In this document: positions 55,024 through 64,000 of the stretch, in pieces
How the letters are laid out: each line of letters starts with the position of its first letter
Position numbering within the stretch: position 1 is the first letter of the stretch
Source: an uncultured Armatimonadetes bacterium
GTDB lineage: Bacteria > Armatimonadota > Hebobacteria > Hebobacterales > Hebobacteraceae
Direction: 5' to 3'
DNA length: 64,000 nucleotides
NCBI GenBank assembly: GCA_963716175.1
Contig: OY970296.1
Location: forward strand, 4,256,001-4,320,000
The notes under the pieces: model-generated
The model's database searches: none
What the model was told of the DNA's origin: nothing
The model's input: the letters and a program-made list of their open reading frames with translations, nothing else
Program-made: the position numbers and the translations under genes

Positions 55024-56592
55024 GTGTTGAAGGTGGGCCCATTGCCGGAGTTGATGATACTGCTGGCCTGCCTATGGGGCTGCATGCTGGCAGCGCACGC
55101 GGCTGAGTTCTGGGTCTCACCAACGGGCGGCACCGGCAGCGCAGGCACCGCGGGTTCGCCGTGGTCACTGGAGAAAGCGAACGCCTCGGCTGGGCCCGGG
55201 GATGTTGTGCTGCTGCAAGCAGGAACTTACCAGAGCTCCATCAGGCCCGCCCGTTCGGGCCGCCCGGGGAAGCCCATCGTGTTCAGGTCGGCGCCAGGCG
55301 CGCGGGTCCGGATCACCGGCGTGCAGGCGGGTGTTGACCTGCGGGAACGGTCCCACATCACGGTCCTGGACCTGGATGTGGAGAAGGTGGACCGTTTCCT
55401 GATCGCCGAGCGGTCCAGCGATATCACCATTGCGGGATGCCACTTCGACACCGCCCCTGCCTGGGAATCGTGCCGCATGCAGAAGATGGGCGACCACGTG
55501 CGCGTGCAGGACAGCACCTTCCGGAACGGCACCGACCTGCTTACCATCGAGGGCGGGAGCTATCACCTGATCGAGGGGAACACGTTCGACACGGCCGACC
55601 ACACCTGCCTCGTGCTGATGGGAGTGAAGCACTCCGTGGTGCGCGGCAACCGTCTCCGCAACCCGATCCAGAAGCTGATGGAGGTGTTCACCACCCGGAG
55701 GAGACAGCACCCCGATCCACAGCGCCTGTCGGAGCGTCTGGTGATCGAAGGCAACTGGTTCGATCTGTCCACGGGCGAGAGGGGGATGGCCGGCATCCAG
55801 TATGCGGGCAACCGCACGATTCTGCGCCGCAACGTGTTCCGGGATTGCGGTCTCGGCATGGATTGGACCGGCTATGACGGCGGACGGGACAATCCCGAGG
55901 CCTGCTACAACCAGCACAACCGCTTCTACCACAACGTGGTCTACGACTGCGGAAAGCAGAAGGGGGGCGTGGGGCTGTTCCTCTGGACGGGCGTACCTGA
56001 CTTCGGGGACCAGGTCCACGTCAACAACATCATCTATCGCAACACCTGCCAGCGCGAGGGGGCTCCCGGGAGCGTGCAGATCTACTTCGCTGGCAGGGCA
56101 GGCCCGCCCCAGGCCAGATTCCTCTACAACGACATTATCCACGAGAGGCCTGGCGAGGCGGTCTTCGCGGTGGCCGAGGGAGAGGAGGTAAGGACGCTGA
56201 CGCTGGACGAGTACCAGGCAGCCCATCCGGAATGGGCCGCACACAACATCGGGAAGGCACCGGTGTTTGTGGACCCGGACTCCGGAGATTTCCGGCTGCG
56301 GCGGGAGAGCCCGTGCATTGATGCGGGCGGCCCGCTGACGCGAACCCGATCCGGCGGCCACGGAGCGGTGATCGAGGTAGAAGATGTCCTTTTCTTCAGC
56401 GATGGGTACGGCATTGTGGAACCAGACGTGATCAGGGTGGGGCAGGAGCGAGTGAAGGTGGTCAAGGTGGAGGTCGAGGGCAACCGGCTGGAAGTTGACA
56501 GGGTTGTCTCCTGGGAGGCCGGGCAGCCGGTCACGCTTGACTATGTGGGAGAGGCGCCGGACATGGGGGCGTTCGAGTTCGGCGCTCAGTAG
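55024..56592 (+). CDS. secreted right-handed parallel beta-helix protein (pectin-lyase-like fold)
   Basis: WVSPTG..GT..SPW, GPGDVV.L..GTY, repeated N-ladder strands, DFRL...SPCIDAG, PDMGAFE. Confidence 0.82.
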   Translation: MLKVGPLPELMILLACLWGCMLAAHAAEFWVSPTGGTGSAGTAGSPWSLEKANASAGPGDVVLLQAGTYQSSIRPARSGRPGKPIVFRSAPGARVRITGVQAGVDLRERSHITVLDLDVEKVDRFLIAERSSDITIAGCHFDTAPAWESCRMQKMGDHVRVQDSTFRNGTDLLTIEGGSYHLIEGNTFDTADHTCLVLMGVKHSVVRGNRLRNPIQKLMEVFTTRRRQHPDPQRLSERLVIEGNWFDLSTGERGMAGIQYAGNRTILRRNVFRDCGLGMDWTGYDGGRDNPEACYNQHNRFYHNVVYDCGKQKGGVGLFLWTGVPDFGDQVHVNNIIYRNTCQREGAPGSVQIYFAGRAGPPQARFLYNDIIHERPGEAVFAVAEGEEVRTLTLDEYQAAHPEWAAHNIGKAPVFVDPDSGDFRLRRESPCIDAGGPLTRTRSGGHGAVIEVEDVLFFSDGYGIVEPDVIRVGQERVKVVKVEVEGNRLEVDRVVSWEAGQPVTLDYVGEAPDMGAFEFGAQ

Positions 56593-56653
56593 CACCAGGC
56601 TGGCAGCAATGCCCTCGGCATGGCCGCCCTCCAGCAAAGGTCATCGGTAGATC

Positions 56654-58620
56654 ATGTCACAGGGCACCCAGCACCCGCCTCACGGCCGGCGGGCAAGCCC
56701 TTCCCGGGCCGGCCGCCGACGCCGTGGTATCAGGCTCCGCACGGTTGTGGTCGCCGCCCTGCTGGTGCCGCTGAACGTCTACGCCATCGTGTGGGGGAAC
56801 TGGTTCCGGGGGACGGCGCTCTTGCCCAGTCGCTGGCCGCGCCCACGGTAGCCTGTCTGTTTCTCTTCAGCGGGCTCAACGTTCTGCTCAAGCGCCGGCG
56901 GCCGGCCTGGGCGTTCTCGGCCGGCGAGCTGATCGCGATCTACAGCGTGCTCGCCGTCAGCACCGGGCTGTGCGCTACCCCCTGGGACTGGGGCGGGTCC
57001 GTGAGCAGTGTGATCACCTGGCCCATCTGGAATGCCACCCCTGGCAACCGCTGGGCGGAGATGATCTGGCCCAACCTGCCCGACTGGCTGGTGGTCAGCA
57101 AGCGGGAGGCGCTCCAGGGCTTTTACCTGGGCAATACCGATCCTTACCAGCGCGAGATCCTGCTGGCCTGGCTGTCACCGGTCATCTGGTGGACGGCCTG
57201 GGCCACGGCCCTGCTCTGGGTATCGCTTTGCCTGAATGTCATCGTGCGGCGGCGCTGGGCGCAGGAGGAACAGCTGCCGTTCCCCATGACCATGCTGCCG
57301 ATGCAGATGAGTGAGCCCAAGGGTGAACTGCTCCGGAATCCGCTGTTCTGGATCGGCGTCGCGGCGGCCGCGGCCGTGTCTGCGAACCAGCTGATCGCTC
57401 GCCTGATTCCCGCCATCCCAGTGCTCCCCACCAGCTTCGACTACGGGTCATATGTTTCCAACAACAAACCATGGGACGCGACCCGCATTCCCCACTTTTC
57501 CTGGCAGCCCTGGCACCTCGGGCTATCGTACCTGATGCCAGTTGACCTGGCCTTCTCGCTGGTGGTGTTCAACCTGTTCTGGCGGGCTGAGTTCATCCTC
57601 TCTCGCCAGTTGGGCTGGTCGGTCAGCTCGTGGGGAGGATTCCCCTATGGGGAGCAGCAGATCATGGGGGCCTACTTCGCCCTGATCGGGATATTCGTCT
57701 GGCTGGAACGCCGGTACTTGGTCCAGGTACTGCGGAAGGCGGTGGGCCTGCGCTCTCTCGCGGATGACAGGGAGGAGGCCTTCAGCTACCGGCTGGCGGT
57801 GATGGGGGCAGTGGTCGGGATGATCTTCCTGGGGTGGTTCTTCATGCGGGCGGGAGTGGAGCGGGCCGTCATCCTGCCCTGGCTGGCGATCTACTTCATG
57901 ATGGTGATGGCGATGGGGCGGCTGCGAGCACAGCTCGGACCGCCCAGCAACGAGATGTACGGGACCATGCCGGATTTCGCCTTCGTCCAGTTCCCCGGGA
58001 CGCGGGCCCTGACCCCACGCACCCTGGGGGTGCTGGGCCTGCTGCAGCCTTATATGCGGGAGCAGACGGCGAATCCGGGGCCGGCTCAGCTCGAGGCCCT
58101 GCGGATGTCGGGGCCGGCGGGGGCGAACCCGACGCGGCTGGCCTGGCTGATGATGCTGATCGTGCCCCTGGGCCTACTGGTCTACTTCTGGGCGAGTGTG
58201 CACATCGGGTATCAGGTAGGCCTGGGCACTGGCAAGGTAACCCGGAGCACGACCTTCCGCGCGCTGGAAACCGTGGGGACCCTCGAGGAGTGGCTGAACT
58301 TCCCGGCGCCGCCAAACTGGGGAGGAGTGGGAGCGATCGCGACGGGCGGCGCGGTGACAGTCGCGCTGATGGCGATCAAGCTGCGGTTCCCCTCCTGGCC
58401 GCTGCACCCGGTGGCGTTCCCGCTCGGGTTCGACATGACGGTGGACGACATGCTGCCGGCGATTTTCGGCACCTGGCTGTTCAAGGCGCTGCTGCTGCGC
58501 TATGGGGGCTTGCGCGCCCACCGCCGCGCGCTGCCCTTCTTCCTGGGGCTGATCACCGGCAGCGGCACGGTTTCGTTCCTGCTGGCCACAATCTCAGCGG
58601 TGTTCAAGGTCAGAATCTAG
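56654..58620 (+). CDS. DUF6785/DUF6784-like polytopic membrane protein, frameshifted at a G5 run (56808-56812)
   Basis: First frame ...AALLVPLNVYAIVWGNWFRG joins GDGALAQSL...; ELIAIY, E.L.FP, RLRAQLG, WPLHPV, YGG...R...PFFLG. Confidence 0.75.
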
Positions 58621-58635
58621 CCTCGGCCACGCGCA

Positions 58636-58666
58636 GGCCGGGGGGCCCAGCTTCGGCCCCCCGGCC
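58636..58666. terminator. GC hairpin between convergent genes
   Basis: GGCCGGGGGGCC/GGCCCCCCGGCC stem. Confidence 0.55.
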
Positions 58667-58702
58667 CAGTGGGGCAAGCCTTCGTCCCTGCCTCAGCTTG
58701 CG

Positions 58703-60366
58703 CTAGTCCTCCCAGAAGTTCGTGTAGTGGCTCTGGATCGGTTCTCTCGAGGTGCCAACGCCCACGATGAACCAGTCCAATCCGACATGCCGCAGCCGAT
58801 AGGAAACGTACACCGTCTGGTTGACCCCATTGGGGTCAGTGAAGGAGTGGGTGCCGGTGTAGAAGACCTCGTAGGGAGAGATCCATACCGGCTGGCCGAA
58901 ATCCATGGACACGGTATGAACGGTGGCCATGGTGTCCGCGGTCATCGCGTAGTAGTCGTTGGTGGCGGTGCTATAGTCGTACTCGCCGTCGAAGTAGACG
59001 CGGATATCAACCTGATCGGTCAGGTGGGCTGACAGCAGGGAGAATGTTGCTGTCGAGCCAGGCCTGACGGATGTCGCCGATGGCCCGCTCCACCCCCGAG
59101 TAGTCCAGCCCGGAAGAGCCGGAGTAGTAGTAGCTATAGGGGTTCTGGTTGAAGTAATCCGGGCCTTGGTAGAAGGTCCGATCCGGATAGATCCAGCCCG
59201 GGCCCCACCCGTAGAAGCTGTAGATCGAGGGGTAGAAGCCGGGGTAGTCAAACCCCAACCAGAACGGATCGCTGAAGTAAAACGGGTAGAAGAAGTCGGC
59301 GAAGAAGAACGCGTGATGGTGGAACTCGCGCTCCTCTCCCCCCTCTCCGCCCACGGAAGGTCCGCGGGCGCACCGCGAAACCGTTCGTGGGCTGTCCCAG
59401 GGTGCCGCGGATTCGGCCGAAGCTGGTGCTGACGCCGCTGATCGCGCCCCTATGGAGCACGGTCGTGCCGCGAGGGACGAAGTTCCCGGCAGCATCGCGC
59501 GCCGGCAGGACCTGGCCCGATACGGCCACCCCGCTGTTGTGCTGACGCAGCCAACCCGGCAGGTTCTGCGGTGTGCGCTGCTGCATCTGCGGAGCGACCA
59601 GCCCTGGGCGGCGGCCGCCAACCGACCCGCGCAGTGCGGGCGCGGCCGGCCAGGCCAGGCCGCGGGAAGCGCCGCTCCTGGCGAGTGGCGCGCTGGACCC
59701 GTTTCTGTTTCGCAACTCCAAGCCCTGGCTCGGAGCCGGAGTCAAGCCGCCGGCGCGCCCCCATTCGGGTCGTGTCCCGCTAGACGATCCATGCATAGGC
59801 CCAAACGGCCGAGACTCTGACGGCCCTCCGGGAGACCGGCCAGGGCTGACGCTGAGGCCCCGCTCGGGCGGCATCGCACGAAATGGCTCGCTGGGCGGCG
59901 CGACGGGGCGGCCTGCGAAGCCCCTGGATTCAAAGGTCATTGGCGGGCCGGGCCTGACTGACCCGGGGGTCCCAACCCCGGGCTGCCGCCCTATCCCCGC
60001 CGCCCACGGCGATACGCCAGGCCGTCCCTGAGGAGCGGCGAAGGGGCGCTCTTGCCAGCCTTGCGCCAGGCCCGGGCCCATCCCGATGGCGGGCCCCCGG
60101 TCCGGCAACGGCGCCACCCCGCCTCCCCTGGCCACACCGAAGGGAAGGCTGGGCGCTGGCGCCGCGAACGAGCGCTCAGGCATAGTCAAGCCGGGGGACG
60201 GACCACGCGGAAACCCCGTCTCCGGCGCCGCAAACGCCGATGCGCGGCCGCCGCCGAATGAACGCGCCTGGGCCGCGATGCCCATCGTGGGCAGCAAAGC
60301 CAGGCCTGCCGCGAGGGCCGCGATCACTAGCCTAGTATGCAGAAAGGAGGCTCTAGCTCCAAACAC
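58703..60366 (-). CDS. secreted protein with long Pro/Gly/Arg low-complexity region, aromatic-rich segment and folded C-terminal domain; two frameshifts (about 59340 and 59043)
   Basis: Three overlapping ORFs (59248-60375, 59007-59621, 58703-59251) join into one coherent protein; SD GGAGGTG; signal-peptide-like N-terminus. Confidence 0.65.
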
Positions 60367-60735
60367 CTCAATCACCTCCGTTTCGGTTGCTAGCGTCGAG
60401 CATGCAACCGGTAAGTAGTAAGCAATGGGTCTGCTACTTTCACCTCGACTCTACCGCATGGGCCCGTGTCCCAAACGTAGGTTTGCATTGTCGGCGCGAC
60501 AGTGCTAGGAGAGGCGACCGGCATCGCCTTCTGACTGGGATCATCGCCCGCTATCCCTCGGCCTGTCGCGAACGGCGGCAACGAAACGCGCAGCAGGTTC
60601 CGCTTGCTCTGACAGGAGCCACCCGCACATCCCTCCGGACTCTGCCCTGGGATTTGTGATGCGGCACAGGAGGCTTTCGGCGTCTGCTAGGGGAAGATTG
60701 GGAGGCATCGAAGCGACCAGACGGAGGACGCGAGT

Positions 60736-62046
60736 ATGGCATCACCTTCACTGAAGATCGTAGCTATCGGAGTGGGAAGCGGGTTCGGCCGGGGGATTCT
60801 GGCGGAGGTGCTGGGCAGCCCTGACTTCAGCGAGCTGGGCACCACGCTGAGCCTGGTGGATTTGAATCCGGCGGCCCTGGATCGCATGCACAGGTTCGCG
60901 CTGCGGGTGAAGGAGCACTGCAAGTCGCGGGTGCAGATAGAAGCCACCACTGATCGCAGCCAGGCCCTGCCCGGCGCCGACTACGTGATCACCTCTGTGG
61001 CGATCAAGCGCTATCCCTTGTGGGAACAGGATTTCCGAATACCGTTGGCCTATGGCTTCCGGCACGTGTTGGGCGAGAATGGCGGGCCAGGCGCAGTCTT
61101 CCATGCCCTGCGCAATTTCGAGTTGATGATCCCGATCTGCCGGGACATCGAACAGCGGTGTCCGGATGCGCTGCTGCTGAACTTCACGAATCCGGAGTCG
61201 CGCATCATCCGGGCGGTGTCGGAGATGACGAAAGTGCGGGCGGTAGGCCTGTGCCATGGCACCGGCGGGGCACTGTGGGGGGTGAGCGAGATCCTCGGGC
61301 GGCCGCTTGCGGAACTGGACATTGTCTCGGGCGGACTGAACCATTTCTTCTGGGTGACGAAGATCGCCGACCGCAAGACCGGCGCGGATCTATACCCGGA
61401 GTTCCGCAAGCGCGTGCTCGAGAACCCAGATTGCCCAGCCATGCCACCTCTGGTGAGGAAAATGCTGGAGGTGTTCGGGCGCTACACCTATCCCTCCGAC
61501 GATCACATCGGTGAGTACCTCGCGTTCGGCTCCGGTTTCACGGGAGTGAAGTGGCACTACGGGATCGAGTCCCGACGGGTGCCAACAGAGGAACCGAAGC
61601 CAGCGCGGTCTCGCATGGAGCGGTACGCCTCGGGCGAGCTGCCGTTAGACAAGGACGCCCTGAGCGCGAGCGGCGAACTGGCGGTGCCGATCATCCGCGC
61701 CATGGAGCTGAACGAACGCTACTGGGCGGACTCGGTGAATGTGCCGAACGCCGATGGCTATGTCGAAGAACTTCCGCGCGATACAGTGGTGGAGGTTCCA
61801 GCCTGGGTGGACGGGAACGGCATTCACCCGCAGAAGATAGGTCCGCTGCCGGAGGCGCTGGCCGCGTTCTGTCGCACCCAGGGCTCGATCCAGGAACTGG
61901 TGGTCGAGGCCTATAAGAAGCGCTCGCGCAATCTGCTGCTCCAGGCGCTGCTGGTAGACCCAGTGGTGGACTCCGTCGAGAACGCAGAGAAGATGCTCGA
62001 TGACATGCTGGAGCTGCAGAAGGACTACCTCCCCAGGTTCACCTAG
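60736..62046 (+). CDS. family 4 glycoside hydrolase (NAD+/Mn2+-dependent alpha-galactosidase/glucosidase)
   Basis: IGVGS, ALPGADYV, GENGGPG, LNFTNP, GLCHG, GLNHF, DDHIGEY. Confidence 0.92.
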   Translation: MASPSLKIVAIGVGSGFGRGILAEVLGSPDFSELGTTLSLVDLNPAALDRMHRFALRVKEHCKSRVQIEATTDRSQALPGADYVITSVAIKRYPLWEQDFRIPLAYGFRHVLGENGGPGAVFHALRNFELMIPICRDIEQRCPDALLLNFTNPESRIIRAVSEMTKVRAVGLCHGTGGALWGVSEILGRPLAELDIVSGGLNHFFWVTKIADRKTGADLYPEFRKRVLENPDCPAMPPLVRKMLEVFGRYTYPSDDHIGEYLAFGSGFTGVKWHYGIESRRVPTEEPKPARSRMERYASGELPLDKDALSASGELAVPIIRAMELNERYWADSVNVPNADGYVEELPRDTVVEVPAWVDGNGIHPQKIGPLPEALAAFCRTQGSIQELVVEAYKKRSRNLLLQALLVDPVVDSVENAEKMLDDMLELQKDYLPRFT

Positions 62047-62047
62047 A

Positions 62048-62081
62048 GAGCTTCGCCGGATGAAGTAACACGGCGAAGCTC
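62048..62081 (+). terminator. hairpin after the GH4 gene
   Basis: 11-bp stem GAGCTTCGCCG/CGGCGAAGCTC. Confidence 0.5.
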
Positions 62082-62281
62082 AAGGAGCGGGCCAGAGAGG
62101 CGCAGAGCGGTGTTCGCACATTACTTCCTTGTGCGAACATCATCAGCGCAGTGGAGTGGGCATAGCCTTGCCCGCCACACGGCCGGCGGGCAAGGCCGCC
62201 GCCTCCCCTCTGATGCAGAAGGCACAGATACGGGCAGCCGACAGTCGCTGCCCAGCGCGGCGGCGCGGGCCCCGGGGTGAC

Positions 62282-63899
62282 TCAGGAGGCCATCCGGCCC
62301 GACAGCAGGGAGACTTCCAGCGAACTGGCCGCGTCCGAAGCCTCCAGCCGGATGCGGCCGCCCATTCTGGCTACCGCGAGCTGGCAGAAGGTCAGCCCAA
62401 TCCCTGCTGACCGATGCCCCAGATCCTTCCACAACCTGGCCTGAGTCTCCGGATCGAAGATTCGTTCCCGTTCCTCCCTTGGGATCTGCTCGCCCGACCA
62501 GTGCACCGAGAGCACCTGGGTGCCTTCGTCGCGGCCGAGACGGGAGGCGAGAACGAGGGGCGCGGAGGGTTCCGCCCAGGCCATGGCAAAGAGCAGCAGA
62601 TTGAGGATCACCCGCTGCAGCAGCTCGAAGGTTGGCCATCACCGGCGGCAGGCCGGACCGCGGCCGATGGACAGGCGTGGCCAGGCCGCGGGAGACTGCG
62701 ATCTGACCCGCCAACCTAACCGGCAGCTCGGCGGCTTCGTCGAGGCCTACGGGCGCCACGTCCAGCAACAGACCCGGGTCTCTGAGTTGCGCCAGATCCG
62801 TCATGCTGGTCACTAGCGTGCCCACCATCTGCGCTCCCAGGCGAGCGGTGTGGACGGCCTCGAACTGGAGGTCTCTCAACTCTCCGAACTGACCGTCCTC
62901 GAGCGGCCTCAGCCACTCCGCTAGCCCGGTTGCCGCACAGCGCAGTTCGTGCGCCAGATACTCGGTCAGCTCCTGGAAGTGAGCGGTCCGCTGTCTCTGT
63001 TCGTTCAGCTCCGCGTTGGTGAGCGCGGTTGCGGCTCGATTGGCGAACAGGGTGAACAGATCCAGGTCCCGGCCGGAGAAGCAGCCGGGCCTGGCGGTGC
63101 CGAAAGCCTGGATGACGCCGCGCAGCGCACTGCCTGTCCAGAGGGGCGCACACATCACGCATCGCTCGCTGCTGGCCACCACCGGCCCGGTGCCGGCGCG
63201 TTCGGTCCTCACCTCTTCGGCGCAGACCGCCTTCAGCTCCTGAAGCGCTCTCCGCGCCATGTATTGGCTGATCGGCTCTTCTTCCTGTCCTGCTGCGGCC
63301 AGGGAGGCAAACTCCGTGATGTTCAGCGATCCTGGTTGGACTGTCCCGATCGAGACCGACGAGGCCTCGGGGAAGACGTTGAGCACGGCCTTGAGCACCC
63401 TCTGCTCCATTCCGGAGAGCTCGGGCGCGAGGTGAATCTGTCGCTCTAGCTCATAGATAGTCAGCAGGGTCTCGCGATCTTTGCGCAGAGCGTTGTAGAC
63501 CCCCTCCGCATCCGCCGCATCTGTGGTTGCCAGATCCGTGCGCTGAGTACGGATGGTCTTGGTGGCGGGTGGACGAACCGTGGGCGGCGCCTCAACCGCC
63601 ACCTCCAACTCAGTGAAGCCCAGGATGATCCTGTCGCCCTGCCGCAACTTCATCTCCGGCACCACCCGATCCAGCTTCCATCTCCGGGTCTCCCGAACCA
63701 GGATGGAACCGTTCCTGCTGTTCAGGTCCCGGTAGACGTACTCTCCCTCTTGCAGTGCGATCTGCCCATGCTGGAAAGAGACGTGCTCATCGTCCACCAC
63801 GATCAGGTTCGACCGGCCGCGGCCCACGGAGATCACCTCTTCGTCGCACTCGAAGCGCTCTCCGGATTGCTTGCCCGACACAACGCTGATGGCAATCAT
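62282..63899 (-). CDS. FHA + GAF + histidine-kinase-like protein, frameshifted near 62628
   Basis: FHA GR...S..H...SRNG; GAF MCAPL...F...DLDLF; HELR H-box; after the frameshift LQRVILNLL...IF...GIGL. Confidence 0.8.
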
Positions 63900-64000
63900 C
63901 CTCCCCTCCTCGAGGTGCCAGTTTCGACCTGCCACATATCCGGTTCCTGCGGTCCTGGCCCACCTTTTCCGGGCTGGATTCTACCACATCCGAGGGCTGG

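Noticed and set aside
62121-62281. C-terminal extension of the 604-aa ORF
   Set aside because: Out-of-frame read-through after the 62628 indel; the kinase-like sequence continues in the frame ending at 62282.

Overview
This is a high-GC bacterial chromosomal segment of about 60 CDSs. I found no rRNA, tRNA, CRISPR array or transposase. The DUF1559/H-X9-DG prepilin-like gene, two DUF6785-like membrane proteins and a Firmicutes-style yggS-sepF-proC-yggT...ileS-dksA-lspA-lgt-rluD cluster suggest Armatimonadota or a similar Terrabacteria lineage (inference). The left third is housekeeping: rpsF with its S6:S18 leader RNA and an apparent AUU start, the division/ileS cluster, gcvH, hsp20, a THUMP-FtsJ methylase, HIT-cdaA-cdaR, metG and an icd-like gene. 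The middle and right are accessory: alkaline phosphatase, sugar epimerases, secreted hypotheticals, an ANTAR regulator, an A/T-richer TcmP + DUF5131 (Cx6Cx2C) cassette, orphan sugar ABC permeases and a flippase. They also hold a sugar-catabolism region (three Gfo/Idh/MocA enzymes, GHL10, a prepilin-like protein, a nitrilase, a beta-helix protein, DUF6785, GH4) and an FHA-GAF-degenerate kinase. Intergenic DNA carries several GTAG-type REP-like palindromes, some with other hairpin elements nested inside them. At least eight single-base frameshifts and two apparent compensating indel pairs suggest an error-prone assembly, so single-residue oddities need read-level confirmation. All family assignments come from motif recognition; no database search was run.
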